Origin: Gammaproteobacteria bacterium
GTDB taxonomy: Bacteria; Pseudomonadota; Gammaproteobacteria; Steroidobacterales; PWYM01
Length of the DNA stretch: 64,000 bases
Direction: 5' to 3'
Assembly: GCA_003567475.1 (NCBI GenBank)
Contig: PWZL01000026.1
Span: forward strand, 7,886-71,885
The translations under genes were made by a program, and so were the position numbers. This document shows, piece after piece, positions 35,322-45,009 of this stretch; the stretch's first letter is position 1, and every line of letters starts with the position of its first letter. The notes under the pieces are model-generated. The model did no database searches, was not told where the DNA came from, and saw only the letters and a program-made list of their open reading frames with translations.

Positions 35322-36107
35322 ATGAAATGGGCTGGCAAGCTGACCGGTGCGGCGCTCGGGCTGGTTGCCGGTGGGCCGATCGGAAGTCTGATCGGCGCAC
35401 TGATCGGGCATCAATTCGATCGTGGCCTGTTCCGTGGGCGGAGCGAGGCACGCCCTCGGCTCGATGCGGCGACCGAGTCGCTGCTGTTTCGTGCGGGTTT
35501 CGGGGTGATGGGATGTCTCGCGAAGGCCGACGGCCGAGTCTCTGAGGCCGAGATTCGCGCCGCGCGCAGCATCATGCACGAGATGCAGCTCAGCCCGCCG
35601 CAGATCCGCCAGGCGATCGAGCACTTCTCCGCAGGGAAGCAGCCCGGCTATCCCTTGTCGAGTGTTCTTGAAGAATTGCGGCGCCGCATCGCCGGTAACC
35701 GCCAGCTGTCGAGGAGCTTCGTCGAGCTGCAGATCGGCATGCTGATCCGCTCGGGCGGGGTCGGCCGCGCACAGCGTCCGGTGCTTTGGGAGATCGCGAG
35801 TTCGCTGGGTGTCGGGCGGGTTGAACTGGCGCAGCTGGAGGCCTCGCTCGAGGCCCGCAGCGGCCGGGGGCCCCGTCGTCGTGATGCCGCCGGAGAGATC
35901 ACCGCAGCCTACGCTTCACTGGGCGTCGCACCGGAGGCGTCTGACGAAGAGCTCAAGGTGGCCTACCGGCGCTTGATGAACCGCCATCATCCGGACAAGC
36001 TTGCGGCGCGCGGCGAGCCCGTTGCGCGCCAAGAGGCGGCGAAGGAGAAAACCCGGGAGGTCCGGGCAGCCTACGAGCGGATCTGCCGGCACCGTGGCAT
36101 CCGCTGA
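35322..36107 (+). CDS. djlA: Membrane-anchored DnaJ-like co-chaperone DjlA
   Basis: [29 protein letters not shown], a TerB-like middle region, and a C-terminal J domain YASLGV...[13 protein letters not shown]. Confidence 0.85.
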   Translation: MKWAGKLTGAALGLVAGGPIGSLIGALIGHQFDRGLFRGRSEARPRLDAATESLLFRAGFGVMGCLAKADGRVSEAEIRAARSIMHEMQLSPPQIRQAIEHFSAGKQPGYPLSSVLEELRRRIAGNRQLSRSFVELQIGMLIRSGGVGRAQRPVLWEIASSLGVGRVELAQLEASLEARSGRGPRRRDAAGEITAAYASLGVAPEASDEELKVAYRRLMNRHHPDKLAARGEPVARQEAAKEKTREVRAAYERICRHRGIR

Positions 36108-36159
36108 GTCCGGTGGGCGGGCGCAGCCAGCGGCGCATCAGGAGGCCGCGGGCGGCGGG

Positions 36160-36822
36160 TCAAACGCGTCGGCGGGGCGGCTCGCGTCGCGCGTTGTAGA
36201 CCACGATGGTCTTGCCGCTGGCCGACACCAGGCCCTGTTCTTCCAGTACCTTGAGAACGCGACCAGCCATCTCTCTGGAACAGCCGACCAGGCGGCTGAG
36301 CTCCTGACGCGATACCTTGATCTGCATCCCGTCGGGATGGGTCATGGCGTCGGGCTCGTTGCACAGATCCATGATGGCATGGGCCACCCGCCCAGTGACA
36401 TCGACGAAAGCCAGGTCCCCCAGCTTGCGGTTGGTCCGGTCCAGCCGCACCGCCAGTTGTGTGGCCAGTTCGAAGACGATCGCAGGGTGCTCCGTGGCGA
36501 TCTGGCGAAAGCGCGGATAGGTCATTTCCGCGATTTCGCTTTCCGTACGGGTCCGCACCCAGGCGCTGCGCTGGGGCTGATCGTGGAACAGGCCCATCTC
36601 ACCAAAGAACTGCCCCTTGTTCAGGTAGGCGAGCACCATCTCGTTACCATCTTCGTCCTCGATCATGACCTCGACCGAGCCATCGACGATGTAATACAGC
36701 GTGTCGGGCAGATCTCCCGCGTGAATCATCACTGTCTTCTGCGGCACCGTGCGAATGCGGCAGTAGCTAAGGAATTTATTGATGGCGGGGACGTCGCTAA
36801 GCGGTTTGGCGGCATCTGGCAT
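36160..36822 (-). CDS. crp: cAMP receptor protein (CRP/Vfr family)
   Basis: cNMP-binding region YLNKGQFFGEMGLF plus HTH VSRQELSRLVGCSREMAGRVLKVLEEQGL. Confidence 0.92.
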   Translation of the reverse strand: MPDAAKPLSDVPAINKFLSYCRIRTVPQKTVMIHAGDLPDTLYYIVDGSVEVMIEDEDGNEMVLAYLNKGQFFGEMGLFHDQPQRSAWVRTRTESEIAEMTYPRFRQIATEHPAIVFELATQLAVRLDRTNRKLGDLAFVDVTGRVAHAIMDLCNEPDAMTHPDGMQIKVSRQELSRLVGCSREMAGRVLKVLEEQGLVSASGKTIVVYNARREPPRRRV

Positions 36823-36960
36823 GTTGTTATGGCCCCTGCGGTGAGTTAACAGAATGCGTTGTTAGTACAATCTTGGCCATAGTGCAAGCGCGGAACGCAC
36901 GTTCCGGCGGTTTGCGGCCCTGATTTCACGATTTGGCAGGGTGGCGTGCGGACCGACCGG

Positions 36961-37602
36961 TCAGATCCGGTAGGCGGTTGCGGTCATGACGCGCGCCGCC
37001 ATGCGCATGGCCCGTCGGATCGCCCAGGGCAGCCTGCGGGCCCCTGCGGCGCGCGCGGCATCGCCGTGCTCGGCTTCATCAAGCGCCATTGCGCGCAGGA
37101 TCAGGCGACTGCGCTGGTCGCTCTCTGGCAGGCGACGCATGTGGCCTTCCAGATGTTCGACCACCTGCCGTTCAGTCTCTTCAACGAAGCCGAGGCTCAG
37201 CCGGTCACCGGCGGCCGCCGCGGCGGCGCCCACGGTGAAGGCGCCCACATACCAGAGCGGGTCGAGGCGGCTGGGTCGTGCGCCGATCTCCTCCAGGCGC
37301 TCCCGGCACCAGGCGAGATGATCACCCTCTTCGCGCGCGGCGCGCGCCAGATGTTCCGCCGTTGCCTCGTCGCGGGCGAGCAGCGCCTGACCATGATAAA
37401 GGGCCTGCGCCGCGACCTCCCCGGCATGATTGACCCGCATCAGCCCTGCGACATGCGCGCGCTCGGCATCGTCCAGCGGAGCCTCCGGCGTTTCGGCGGC
37501 TGGATTGACGCGGGAGGATAGGGCCGGCACGGCGAGCGTGCGCAACAGATTGTCCGCGCCGGCGAGCAGGCGGTCCAGCGGGGTCAGTTGGCGGGTAGGC
37601 AT
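36961..37602 (-). CDS. coq7: Demethoxyubiquinone hydroxylase Coq7 (di-iron)
   Basis: An internal ATG (37602) of ORF 36961..38220. Di-iron ligand motifs: [37 protein letters not shown]. Confidence 0.88.
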   Translation of the reverse strand: MPTRQLTPLDRLLAGADNLLRTLAVPALSSRVNPAAETPEAPLDDAERAHVAGLMRVNHAGEVAAQALYHGQALLARDEATAEHLARAAREEGDHLAWCRERLEEIGARPSRLDPLWYVGAFTVGAAAAAAGDRLSLGFVEETERQVVEHLEGHMRRLPESDQRSRLILRAMALDEAEHGDAARAAGARRLPWAIRRAMRMAARVMTATAYRI

Positions 37603-37764
37603 AGGGGCCAGTCCAGAGGGTTTACGGGTCGACCGGGTAGAATGTACCATCCGCGCGCCCAGCCGGGAATGTGGACGCTCGCGCCAGCGGGCGCCTTGAC
37701 GGAGATCCTGCGCCCGCGGCATCGGCTTGCGTGGGGTGGTTCCCGCTGAACGCCTGGAGTCAGC

Positions 37765-38532
37765 ATGGTGAATGTGTGGAGTTTTTCGCAGTTTGCGGGC
37801 CCGCGTCGGCCAACTGCGCTGGTCGTCGCGCTGCTGGGTATGGTCGCGTTTACGGCCTCCGTGAGCGCTGAGGAAGACGCCGATGAGCGCGCCAGCGGTT
37901 GGTCGGGCACCGCCCGCCTGGGGTACCTCTCGACCAGCGGCAATTCGGAGACCGACAATCTCAACGCCCGGCTGACCGCAGAATACGCCTCGGGCGCCTG
38001 GCTTCATCGCGGTATTGCCGCGGGCGTCGGTGCCCGTGAGGATAACCGTACGACCGCCGAGGCGTATGAGCTGGGTCTGCGCACGACCTATGACTTCAAC
38101 GATTTCGACTTCATGTTCGGGCGGGTCAACTGGCGCAAGGACAAGTTCAGCGGCTTTGATCAGCAGTTCAGCCAGTCGGTGGGTTATGGCCGCAGGCTCA
38201 TCAACCAGCCGCGCCAGCACCTGAACGTGGAGGTCGGCGTCGGTGCCCGTCAGGCCCGCCAGCGCGATGGCAATCGTGTCAACGAGGCGATTCTGCGCTT
38301 CGGCAGCGATTATGAGTTTCGTTTCAACGATGTGGCCGCGTTCAATTTCGACCTGTCGATCGAAAGCGGCGCGGACAATACCTTCACCGAGGCCATCGGC
38401 GCGTTCAGGACCAAGCTCTTGGGCCGGCTCGCGACCGTCGTGTCCTATACCGTGCGAAACAACTCCGAGGTACCGGACGGCACCACCCGTACCGATACAT
38501 TTACCTCCATCGCCCTCGAATACACCTTCTAG
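37765..38532 (+). CDS. DUF481/YdiY-like outer-membrane beta-barrel protein
   Basis: Signal peptide, [24 protein letters not shown], alternating beta pattern, C-terminal IALEYTF. Confidence 0.75.
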   Translation: MVNVWSFSQFAGPRRPTALVVALLGMVAFTASVSAEEDADERASGWSGTARLGYLSTSGNSETDNLNARLTAEYASGAWLHRGIAAGVGAREDNRTTAEAYELGLRTTYDFNDFDFMFGRVNWRKDKFSGFDQQFSQSVGYGRRLINQPRQHLNVEVGVGARQARQRDGNRVNEAILRFGSDYEFRFNDVAAFNFDLSIESGADNTFTEAIGAFRTKLLGRLATVVSYTVRNNSEVPDGTTRTDTFTSIALEYTF

Positions 38533-38665
38533 CCGTCGCCGACTGTGAGCTGTCCGGCAAGCCGGCGATAGTTGCTTGCGCCCGGGTGTGAAAGAGGGTA
38601 TCCTTTCCGGCTTTTCGACGGGTAAGAATCTTTACTCAGGAACCCGTTTTCCGAGGATCCGGCAC

Positions 38666-39094
38666 ATGAAGACCTTTTCGGCCAAGTCCCACGAGGTGCA
38701 TCGCGACTGGTATGTCGTGGATGCCAATGGCAAGACCCTCGGGCGGCTGGCGACACAGATTGCCACGCGACTCAAAGGCAAGCACAAGCCTGAGTACACG
38801 CCTCACGTGGATACCGGCGACTACATCGTCGTCATCAATGCTGACAAGATCCGGGTCACGGGCAACAAGCTCAAGGACAAGGCGTATTACCGCCATACCG
38901 GTTACATCGGCAATATGAAGTCGATCACACTCGAAAAGCAGCTGCAGAAAGCCCCCGAGCGGGTGCTGGAGGCTGCGGTGCAGGGCATGATGCCGAAAAA
39001 CCCCCTCGGGCGGCAGATGCTCAAGAAGCTTCGGGTATTTCCCGGCCCGAGCCATCCGCATGCAGCCCAGCAGCCGATCGCTCTCGACATCTAA
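38666..39094 (+). CDS. rplM: 50S ribosomal protein L13
   Basis: [59 protein letters not shown]. Confidence 0.95.
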   Translation: MKTFSAKSHEVHRDWYVVDANGKTLGRLATQIATRLKGKHKPEYTPHVDTGDYIVVINADKIRVTGNKLKDKAYYRHTGYIGNMKSITLEKQLQKAPERVLEAAVQGMMPKNPLGRQMLKKLRVFPGPSHPHAAQQPIALDI

Positions 39095-39118
39095 CGGTCA
39101 ACACGGATATCTGAAACC

Positions 39119-39511
39119 ATGACCCAGACAGTTCCCTACGGCACCGGCCGCCGCAAAACCTCGACGGCGAGAGTGTTTCTTCGGCCCGGCACCGGCAACA
39201 TCACGGTCAACGCCAAGCCGCTGGATGAGTTTTTCGGACGCAAGACTGCGCAGATGATCGTGCGCCAGCCTCTGGAACTCACCGATATGACCGCAAAATT
39301 CGATGTCGCGGTGACAGTGATCGGCGGCGGTACCACCGGCCAGGCCGGCGCGATTCGGCATGGCATCACCCGAGCCCTGATGGAATACGATGAGACCCTC
39401 CGGCCGAGTCTTCGCCGCGCCGGTTTTGTCACCCGGGATGCGCGTGAGGTGGAGCGCAAGAAGGTGGGTCTGCGCAAGGCGCGGCGCGCCGTGCAGTTCT
39501 CCAAGCGCTGA
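39119..39511 (+). CDS. rpsI: 30S ribosomal protein S9
   Basis: [20 protein letters not shown]..., C-terminal [18 protein letters not shown]. Confidence 0.95.
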   Translation: MTQTVPYGTGRRKTSTARVFLRPGTGNITVNAKPLDEFFGRKTAQMIVRQPLELTDMTAKFDVAVTVIGGGTTGQAGAIRHGITRALMEYDETLRPSLRRAGFVTRDAREVERKKVGLRKARRAVQFSKR

Positions 39512-39535
39512 GTTCGCGACAGCATCGCCAGGTTT

Positions 39536-39609
39536 TGGGGGATCGTCTAGTGGTAGGACATCGGACTCTGACTCCGAGAACCTAGGTTCGAATCCTAGTC
39601 CCCCAGCCA
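39536..39609 (+). tRNA. tRNA-Gln (anticodon CUG), CCA encoded
   Basis: Manual fold. Acceptor TGGGGGA/TCCCCCA. D stem GTCT/GGAC. Anticodon stem TCGGA/TCCGA with loop CTCTGAC. T arm CTAGG-TTCGAAT-CCTAG. Discriminator G followed by CCA. Confidence 0.9.
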
Positions 39610-39635
39610 ATTCCGTCCGGTCGTCCGGGCGAAAA

Positions 39636-39668
39636 AGCCCGCACTATCCCGGTCGCGGGCTTTTTTTT
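39636..39668 (+). terminator. Rho-independent terminator after rpsI/tRNA-Gln, possibly bidirectional with convergent rpiA
   Basis: Stem AGCCCGC / GCGGGCT followed by a run of eight T, with an A-run upstream. Confidence 0.7.
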
Positions 39669-39687
39669 GGCTGCCAACCTTGCCCGC

Positions 39688-40359
39688 TTACGCGGACTTG
39701 TGTGGTTCGAGGCGCTCTACCCCCCGTGGCGTAGCGATCAGCAGCATGTCTGCCGGCCGTCGGGTGAACAGGCCGACGGTGACCACGCCTGCCAACTGAT
39801 TCAGTCGGCGCTCCATTTCGGCGGCGTTCACCAGATCAAGGCCATGCACGTCGAGAATCTCGTTACCGTTGTCGGTGACGAAGCCCTGGCGCCATTCGGG
39901 TCGGCCGCCGAACTTCACCAGCTCTCGGGAGACGTATGCGCGGGCCATGGGAATCACTTCCACCGGCAGCGGGAACTCCCCGAGGACGCCATGCACCTTG
40001 CTCTCGTCAACAATACAGACGAAGCGCCGTGAGGCGGCAGCGATGATTTTTTCGCGGGTCAGTGCGCCCCCGCCCCCCTTGATCAGATGACCCTGACGGG
40101 TGGCCTCATCGGCACCGTCAACATAGAGATCGAGGTCGCCGCTCTCGTTCAGTGTCTGCGGCTCGAGTCCTATGCCGCGAAGCCGCTCAGTGGAGGCTTC
40201 CGAGCTGGACACCACACCGCCAAGCTTCGGCTGCATGCGGCCCAGCAGATCGATGAAATGATTCACGGTGGAGCCGGTGCCGATCCCGAGCGTCATCCCC
40301 TCGCGGAGTTCATCCAGCGCTGCACGCGCCGCGGCCTGCTTCAGCTGATCCTGGTCCAT
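39688..40359 (-). CDS. rpiA: Ribose-5-phosphate isomerase A
   Basis: [46 protein letters not shown], and [13 protein letters not shown]. An alternative ATG at 40377 adds 6 codons. Confidence 0.92.
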   Translation of the reverse strand: MDQDQLKQAAARAALDELREGMTLGIGTGSTVNHFIDLLGRMQPKLGGVVSSSEASTERLRGIGLEPQTLNESGDLDLYVDGADEATRQGHLIKGGGGALTREKIIAAASRRFVCIVDESKVHGVLGEFPLPVEVIPMARAYVSRELVKFGGRPEWRQGFVTDNGNEILDVHGLDLVNAAEMERRLNQLAGVVTVGLFTRRPADMLLIATPRGVERLEPHKSA

Positions 40360-40383
40360 TGTCTGTCCTGTGTCCATTGGATA

Positions 40384-40447
40384 CGAAAATGCCCGCGCGA
40401 GGCGGGCATTTCCTGATGCGCCCCAGGCGCCGCGCACGGCGCCTGGG
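40384..40447 (-). terminator. Two GC-rich hairpins downstream of the H1-like gene; the distal one has a T-run on the minus strand
   Basis: Perfect 10-bp stem CCCAGGCGCC-GCGCAC-GGCGCCTGGG at 40422..40447. Second hairpin AAATGCCCGC-GCGAG-GCGGGCATTT at 40387..40410, followed on the minus strand by TTTTCG. Confidence 0.55.
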
Positions 40448-40467
40448 ATCCAGCCTCCAGTTCAACC

Positions 40468-40920
40468 TCAAGCGGTCACTTTTTTGCTGACCTTCTTGCG
40501 TGTTGCAGGCTTCTTCCTGGCTACTTTTTTCTTCGATGCCGGCTTCTTCGCCACTTTCTTCTTGGCGACCTTTTTCTTGGAAGCCTTTTTCTTGGCGACT
40601 TTTTTCTTCGCTACTTTCTTTTTGGCGACCTTTTTCTTCGAAGCTTTTTTCTTCGCCACCTTCTTTTTTGCCACTTTCTTCTTGGCGACTTTCTTCTTCG
40701 CCACTTTCTTTTTAGCGACTTTTTTCTTGGCGACTTTCTTTTTTGCTACTTTCTTTTTAGCGACTTTTTTCTTGGTGGCGGTTTTCTTGCTGACCTTCTT
40801 GGCGACTTTCTTCGCTACTTTCTTGGCGGTCTTTTTAGCCGTTGCCGCTCTTGCAGCGATCTTCTTGCTGACTTTCTTCTTGGTCGACGTTTTCTTCTTC
40901 GAAGCAGGTTTCTTAGCCAT
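40468..40920 (-). CDS. Lys/Ala-rich histone H1-like nucleoid protein (150 aa)
   Basis: An internal ATG (40920) has GGAGA about 7 nt upstream and gives [16 protein letters not shown]..., followed by about 15 consecutive [10 protein letters not shown] pentapeptides. Confidence 0.8.
   Translation of the reverse strand: MAKKPASKKKTSTKKKVSKKIAARAATAKKTAKKVAKKVAKKVSKKTATKKKVAKKKVAKKKVAKKKVAKKKVAKKKVAKKKVAKKKVAKKKASKKKVAKKKVAKKKVAKKKASKKKVAKKKVAKKPASKKKVARKKPATRKKVSKKVTA
40549..40773. repeat. In-frame 15-bp tandem repeat array (about 15 units) encoding KKKVA pentapeptides
   Basis: The plus strand shows reiterated GCGAC(T/C)TT(T/C)TTCTT(G/C)-like units. Unit degeneracy is mostly at wobble positions. 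Confidence 0.9.
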
Positions 40921-41098
40921 GGGTAGTCTCCGTGTCTGACGTATCAGGTGTGTCCACGATCGAGTATAACCCAAAAGACCTAAATTTCCAGAGACTTAAC
41001 GCATCGAACGACGATGATGTGAACACCATCGCATAGTGCTTCGGGTGACTATGTTTCGCAGTGCTTGCCTGGTCTTCTGCCATGGGCGGCAAGGTGCT

Positions 41099-41563
41099 TT
41101 ACTCGAGTGCGAGGACAAGCTGCCACTGCGCTTCGGTGATCGGCATTACCGACAGGCGATTACCGCGTTGAACAAGCGGAAAACCCCTTAATTTGCCGTC
41201 TGAAAGCGCTTTGAGCTCTTTCAGGCTGATGGTTCGATCCAGCTTCCGCTGGAACCGGATATCGACCATGTACCAGCGTGGTTTATCGGGGCTGCTCTTG
41301 GGGTCGAAGTGCTTGTCGTCAGGGTCGAACGCCGTGTGATCAACATAGCCCTCACGTATGACCTCGGCGATGCCGACGATGCCGGGCACTTCGCAGTTGG
41401 AGTGATAGAAGAACACCAGGTCTCCCTTGCGCATGTCGTCGCGAAGCATGTTTCTCGCCTGGTAGTTGCGTACGCCGTCCCAGTGCGTGCGACCTCCGGG
41501 CTCGCGGGCGAGATCGTCGATGCTGAATACGTCGGGTTCGGATTTCATGAGCCAGTAAGCCAC
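41099..41563 (-). CDS. EVE (PUA-like) domain protein
   Basis: MAYWLMKSEPDVFSIDDL...WDGVRNYQARNMLRDDMRKGDLVFFYHSNCE..GIVGIAEV..., 154 aa. Confidence 0.85.
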   Translation of the reverse strand: MAYWLMKSEPDVFSIDDLAREPGGRTHWDGVRNYQARNMLRDDMRKGDLVFFYHSNCEVPGIVGIAEVIREGYVDHTAFDPDDKHFDPKSSPDKPRWYMVDIRFQRKLDRTISLKELKALSDGKLRGFPLVQRGNRLSVMPITEAQWQLVLALE

Positions 41564-41586
41564 GTGGTCGTCCTCGTTTCGGTTCG

Positions 41587-42168
41587 TCAGTCAAATCGCA
41601 TGATGCCGGACTCGGTCACGATGGCGGCAAGAGGAATATCCCAAGGCGCACGCTCCAGTCGCTGGACCTCCTGGAAGCCGAACGCGACACCCACGATCAG
41701 TGGACGCCGCCAGCACCGGCGATACCGGAGATAGGCAAAATGCCGGTCGAAGTACCCGGCACCCATGCCGAGTCGCGTCCCGGTAGAGTCGTACGCCACC
41801 ACGGGCGCCAGCACCAGGTCCATCTTTGATGCTGGGCGTCGGGGGGCCTTGGGGCCAGGCTCGGCGATGCGATAACGGTTGCCGGTGAGCGGTTCATCGG
41901 GGTGCCAGTCGACGAAGCACATATGCCCGCGTCGGCCCTCGAGTCTCGGCAGGCTGAGGGTCCGACCGGTCGCGACCAGCTGGCGTAGCAACGCCGTGAT
42001 GTCGGCTTCGCCATCGAACGGCAGATAGGCGCCAATGCGCCTGAAGCGGCCCCTGAGCAGGCGCCGGAGTTGTCGGCGCAGGGCGGCCTCCCGGTATCGG
42101 CGCTCGTGCCGCGGCAGGGCGCGCCGGCGTTGGCGCAATGTCCGTCTCAGGGCAGCACGGTCAGCCAC
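41587..42168 (-). CDS. ygfA: 5-formyltetrahydrofolate cyclo-ligase
   Basis: LRQRRRAL..., VAYDSTGTRLGMGAGYFDR. It lies downstream of the 6S RNA, as in E. coli ssrS-ygfA. Confidence 0.85.
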   Translation of the reverse strand: MADRAALRRTLRQRRRALPRHERRYREAALRRQLRRLLRGRFRRIGAYLPFDGEADITALLRQLVATGRTLSLPRLEGRRGHMCFVDWHPDEPLTGNRYRIAEPGPKAPRRPASKMDLVLAPVVAYDSTGTRLGMGAGYFDRHFAYLRYRRCWRRPLIVGVAFGFQEVQRLERAPWDIPLAAIVTESGIMRFD

Positions 42169-42195
42169 GACCGATGAGCTCCCGTAAGGATAAGA

Positions 42196-42383
42196 GGCGC
42201 CTCCCGCCTGTGCCGTCGCAGACCATCACTCTCGAACCAGAGCGGAAGGTGGGGTAAGCCGTGGCAGCGCAGGCTTGCCGCCCAAGGCGGATCTGCACAA
42301 GACTGCCGACAGAGCACAACCCCAATATCGTGAATTAGGGTCGAAAGACTTCCAGGCCTGCGTCGAACACCGCAGGAGGCGCC
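42196..42383 (-). ncRNA. ssrS: 6S RNA
   Basis: It lies between zapA and ygfA on the same strand. On the minus strand, the 5' GGCGCCUCCUGC pairs with the 3' GCAGGCGGGAGGCGCC to form a long closing stem. There is an internal stem GGGGU../..ACCCC and a CCGCC-UUG-GGCGG hairpin, leaving a central bubble. Ends are approximate, within a few nt. Confidence 0.7.
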
Positions 42384-42412
42384 AATTTGATCGTGAGCCA
42401 CAGCAGGAGCAA

Positions 42413-42727
42413 TCAAAATTCCAGCTGACGGCCTTTCTGTACGGCAACTTCCACGCGTTCCCGCATGGTTTTGAGCCGGTTGCCAAGGCTAAGTTCAATC
42501 TCCTCATCGCGACTGTGTGCCTTGATGAGCTCGTTGGCCATGTTCAGTGCAGCCATGACTGCAATCCGGTCGAGGCCGATGACCTTGCCGCTGTCCCGGA
42601 TCTCACGCATCTTGCTGTTGAGCATGGCCGCCGAGTTGAGCAGGTCCGTGCGCGCGTCGACCGGACAGGCAATCTGGTACTCCTTCTCAAGAATCCTTAC
42701 GCTGACCTGAGTCATGTTCTCGCTCAT
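42413..42727 (-). CDS. zapA: Cell division protein ZapA
   Basis: VSVRILEKEYQIACPVDARTDLLNSAAMLNSKMREIRDSGKVIGLDRIAVMAALNMANEL. Confidence 0.9.
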   Translation of the reverse strand: MSENMTQVSVRILEKEYQIACPVDARTDLLNSAAMLNSKMREIRDSGKVIGLDRIAVMAALNMANELIKAHSRDEEIELSLGNRLKTMRERVEVAVQKGRQLEF

Positions 42728-42957
42728 GAGCCCTGCTCCAGTGCCTTGAGCCTGCCGATCATCGCCTCGACCCGTGCCCGAACCTGCTCGTTCTTCTGCA
42801 GCAGGCTGGCACGTTCGTTGATCAGCGCTTCCTGCCGCTGGCGTAGCGAACGGTTCTCCTCCTTGAGCTGACCGCAGATCACCACGAGTTCATCGACCCG
42901 GCGTTCGAGTCGCTCGAGCTCGATTTCAAACGGATGTCTGGCGCGTTCGCTACCCAT
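42724..42957 (-). CDS. Small coiled-coil protein (ZapB-like) upstream of zapA
   Basis: 77 aa of heptad-like sequence: LERLERRVDELVVICGQLKEENRSLRQRQEALINERASLLQKNEQVRARVEAMIGRLKALE. Its stop overlaps the zapA ATG. Confidence 0.65.
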   Translation of the reverse strand: MGSERARHPFEIELERLERRVDELVVICGQLKEENRSLRQRQEALINERASLLQKNEQVRARVEAMIGRLKALEQGS

Positions 42958-43083
42958 GGCGGCGACTATAGAGCCGGGCGCCGAGCAGGGTCAACAAACC
43001 GTGCTGCAGCCCGGTGATAGAATCAGTGCATCGATGTGCGAGCGCGGCGTCGACAACAGCTCAGGCGCGTGAGGAATTGCCGG

Positions 43084-43668
43084 ATGGGTTACGAGGAACT
43101 GGCTGAGGTCCTGTCGCGGGCAGGCGCGCAGTCCGAGGTGTCGGAGCTGCATGGCAGCCTCTGCGCACGCCTGTGCATGCGCGGTGAGTCCGCCCTTGCC
43201 GGCTGGCTCGACGAAGGGCTTGCCGGCAGTGATCAAGCCAACGCAGCACGTACCGATGCCGCCCGTCAGCTGGCTGGGCTGCATGAGCAGACCTGGGCCA
43301 CGCTCGCCGGGGGTGACATGGGAGTGGTAGTGCTGCTGCCCGACGATGCCGCCTCGCTCGAGTTGCGTGCCCGCGCGCTCGGACTCTGGTGCCTCGGGTT
43401 TCTGCACGGGCTGGCCAGTAGCGGGGTCCCGGAGCCTCAGCGCCTGAAAGACGAACACGGGGCGGCTCACGTGGCGGAGTTCATCGAGGACCTCGCGGAG
43501 ATTTCCCGGGTGGGATTCGATGCCGAAGACGAGGCGGGCCTGGAGCAGGCCGAGGCGGCCTATGCCGAGTTGGTCGAGTTCCTTCGCGCGGGCGTGTTGA
43601 TCAGTTTCGAGGAGCTCTCCGGGCTCCGGGCGGCGGTGGCGCCGGCACACCGCAGGCCGTCCTCCTGA
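43084..43668 (+). CDS. ygfB: UPF0149 family protein YgfB
   Basis: MGYEELAEVL..SELHGSLCA..., ALGLWCLGFLHGL, acidic EDEAGLEQAEAAYAELVEFLR. ygfB-pepP-ubiH order. Confidence 0.8.
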   Translation: MGYEELAEVLSRAGAQSEVSELHGSLCARLCMRGESALAGWLDEGLAGSDQANAARTDAARQLAGLHEQTWATLAGGDMGVVVLLPDDAASLELRARALGLWCLGFLHGLASSGVPEPQRLKDEHGAAHVAEFIEDLAEISRVGFDAEDEAGLEQAEAAYAELVEFLRAGVLISFEELSGLRAAVAPAHRRPSS

Positions 43669-43695
43669 AGGTCCGGCAGACGGCAGGGAGCAGTC

Positions 43696-45009
43696 ATGAA
43701 GCCACAGGAATTCGCGCGACGTCGGCGGCAGCTGTCACGCATGATCGGCAAGGGCGGCGTCGCTGTCCTCGCCGCCGCCCCCGTGCGCATGCGCAATCGC
43801 GATACCGAGTATCCGTATCGCCAGGACAGTGATTTCTATTACCTCACCGGATTCAATGAGCCGGAGGCGGTGGCCGTGCTGGTCCCCGGCCGCGCTCAGG
43901 CCGAATACATCGTGTTCTGCAGGGAGCGGGATCCCGCGCGTGAGGCCTGGGACGGGCCGAGACTGGGTCCAGAGGGTGTGATCGGCGACCTTGGGGCCGA
44001 CGATGCCTTCCCGATAGAAGACATCGACGACATTCTGCCGGGTCTGCTTGAGTCCTGTGAACGCGTCTACCACACCATGGGCGCTCATCCGGAGTTCGAC
44101 GCGCGGGTCATCGGCTGGGTCAATGCGTTGCGCGAGCGTGGTCCCGATACGCACGCGCCCCAGGAGTTCGTCTCCCTGGACCATCTGCTGCACGACATGC
44201 GGCTATACAAGAGCCGTGCGGAGCAGGCGGCCATGCGTCGCGCGGCCCGTATCGGCGTCGCCGCCCACCTGCGGGCGATGCGTGCGGTCAGACCGGGCAT
44301 GATGGAGTACGAGGTCGAGGCGGAATTTCTGCATGAATTTCGCCGCCATGGGGCGGTACCGTCTTATCCTCCTATCGTCGGCGGGGGCAACAACGCCTGT
44401 ACATTGCACTATATCGCCAACGCCGCCCGCCTGGCAGATGGCGATCTGCTGCTGATCGATGCGGGTTGCGAGCTCGAGCATTACGCCTGCGACATCACGC
44501 GCACGTTCCCGGTCAGTGGACGGTTCAGCGACGCGCAGCGCGCGATCTACGACATCGTGCTCGAGGCCCATGATGCAGCCATTGCCGCGGTCGCGCCTGG
44601 CCGGCACTGGAACGAGCCGCATGACGCGGCGGTCCGGGTGATCACCCGGGGGCTTCGCGGTCTCGGGCTGCTGGACGGCCGGCTGACCACGCTGATCAAA
44701 GAGCAGGCGTACCGTCGCTATTTCATGCACAAGACGGGTCATTGGCTGGGCATGGATGTCCATGACGTCGGCGACTACCGTGTCGGCGACGTGGCCAGGA
44801 TGCTCGAGCCAGGCATGGTCATGACCATCGAGCCGGGCATCTACATTCCGCGGGGTCTTCGCGGCGTGCCGAAACGCTGGCAGGGGATTGGCGTGCGTAT
44901 CGAGGATGACATTCTGGTCACGCGCAACGGCTGCGAGGTGTTGACGGCCGGTGTGCCGGTAGAGGCGCAGGCGATCGAAGCACTGATGGCCGCGCAGGCG
45001 GCGGCATGA
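43696..45009 (+). CDS. pepP: Xaa-Pro aminopeptidase
   Basis: YRQDSDFYYLTGF, LIDAGCE..YACDITRT, HKTGHWLGMDVHD, and MTIEPGIY. Confidence 0.92.
   Translation: MKPQEFARRRRQLSRMIGKGGVAVLAAAPVRMRNRDTEYPYRQDSDFYYLTGFNEPEAVAVLVPGRAQAEYIVFCRERDPAREAWDGPRLGPEGVIGDLGADDAFPIEDIDDILPGLLESCERVYHTMGAHPEFDARVIGWVNALRERGPDTHAPQEFVSLDHLLHDMRLYKSRAEQAAMRRAARIGVAAHLRAMRAVRPGMMEYEVEAEFLHEFRRHGAVPSYPPIVGGGNNACTLHYIANAARLADGDLLLIDAGCELEHYACDITRTFPVSGRFSDAQRAIYDIVLEAHDAAIAAVAPGRHWNEPHDAAVRVITRGLRGLGLLDGRLTTLIKEQAYRRYFMHKTGHWLGMDVHDVGDYRVGDVARMLEPGMVMTIEPGIYIPRGLRGVPKRWQGIGVRIEDDILVTRNGCEVLTAGVPVEAQAIEALMAAQAAA

Noticed and set aside
39536-39700. tRNA-Gln considered as a possible integration hotspot for a genomic island
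   Set aside because: A terminator and the convergent housekeeping rpiA immediately follow the tRNA. There is no integrase, no direct repeat of the tRNA 3' end and no compositional break.
40549-40773. Regular short repeats, considered as a possible CRISPR array or non-coding minisatellite
   Set aside because: The unit is only 15 bp with no spacers, and it is in frame within an ORF that has an RBS and a terminator. It is a coding tandem repeat.
40370-40939. 189-aa Phe/Leu-rich + strand ORF that looks like a multi-TM protein
   Set aside because: It is the mirror image of the Lys-rich AAG/AAA codon repeats of the minus-strand H1-like gene. It has no independent start context and runs through the terminator hairpins.
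42147-42871. Track ORFs across the zapA-ygfA gap: 42147..42416 and 42226..42507 on the minus strand, and 42275..42871 on the plus strand
   Set aside because: The region folds as a 6S RNA with a long closing stem and sits in the conserved ssrS position. The ORFs lack RBS and coding bias.
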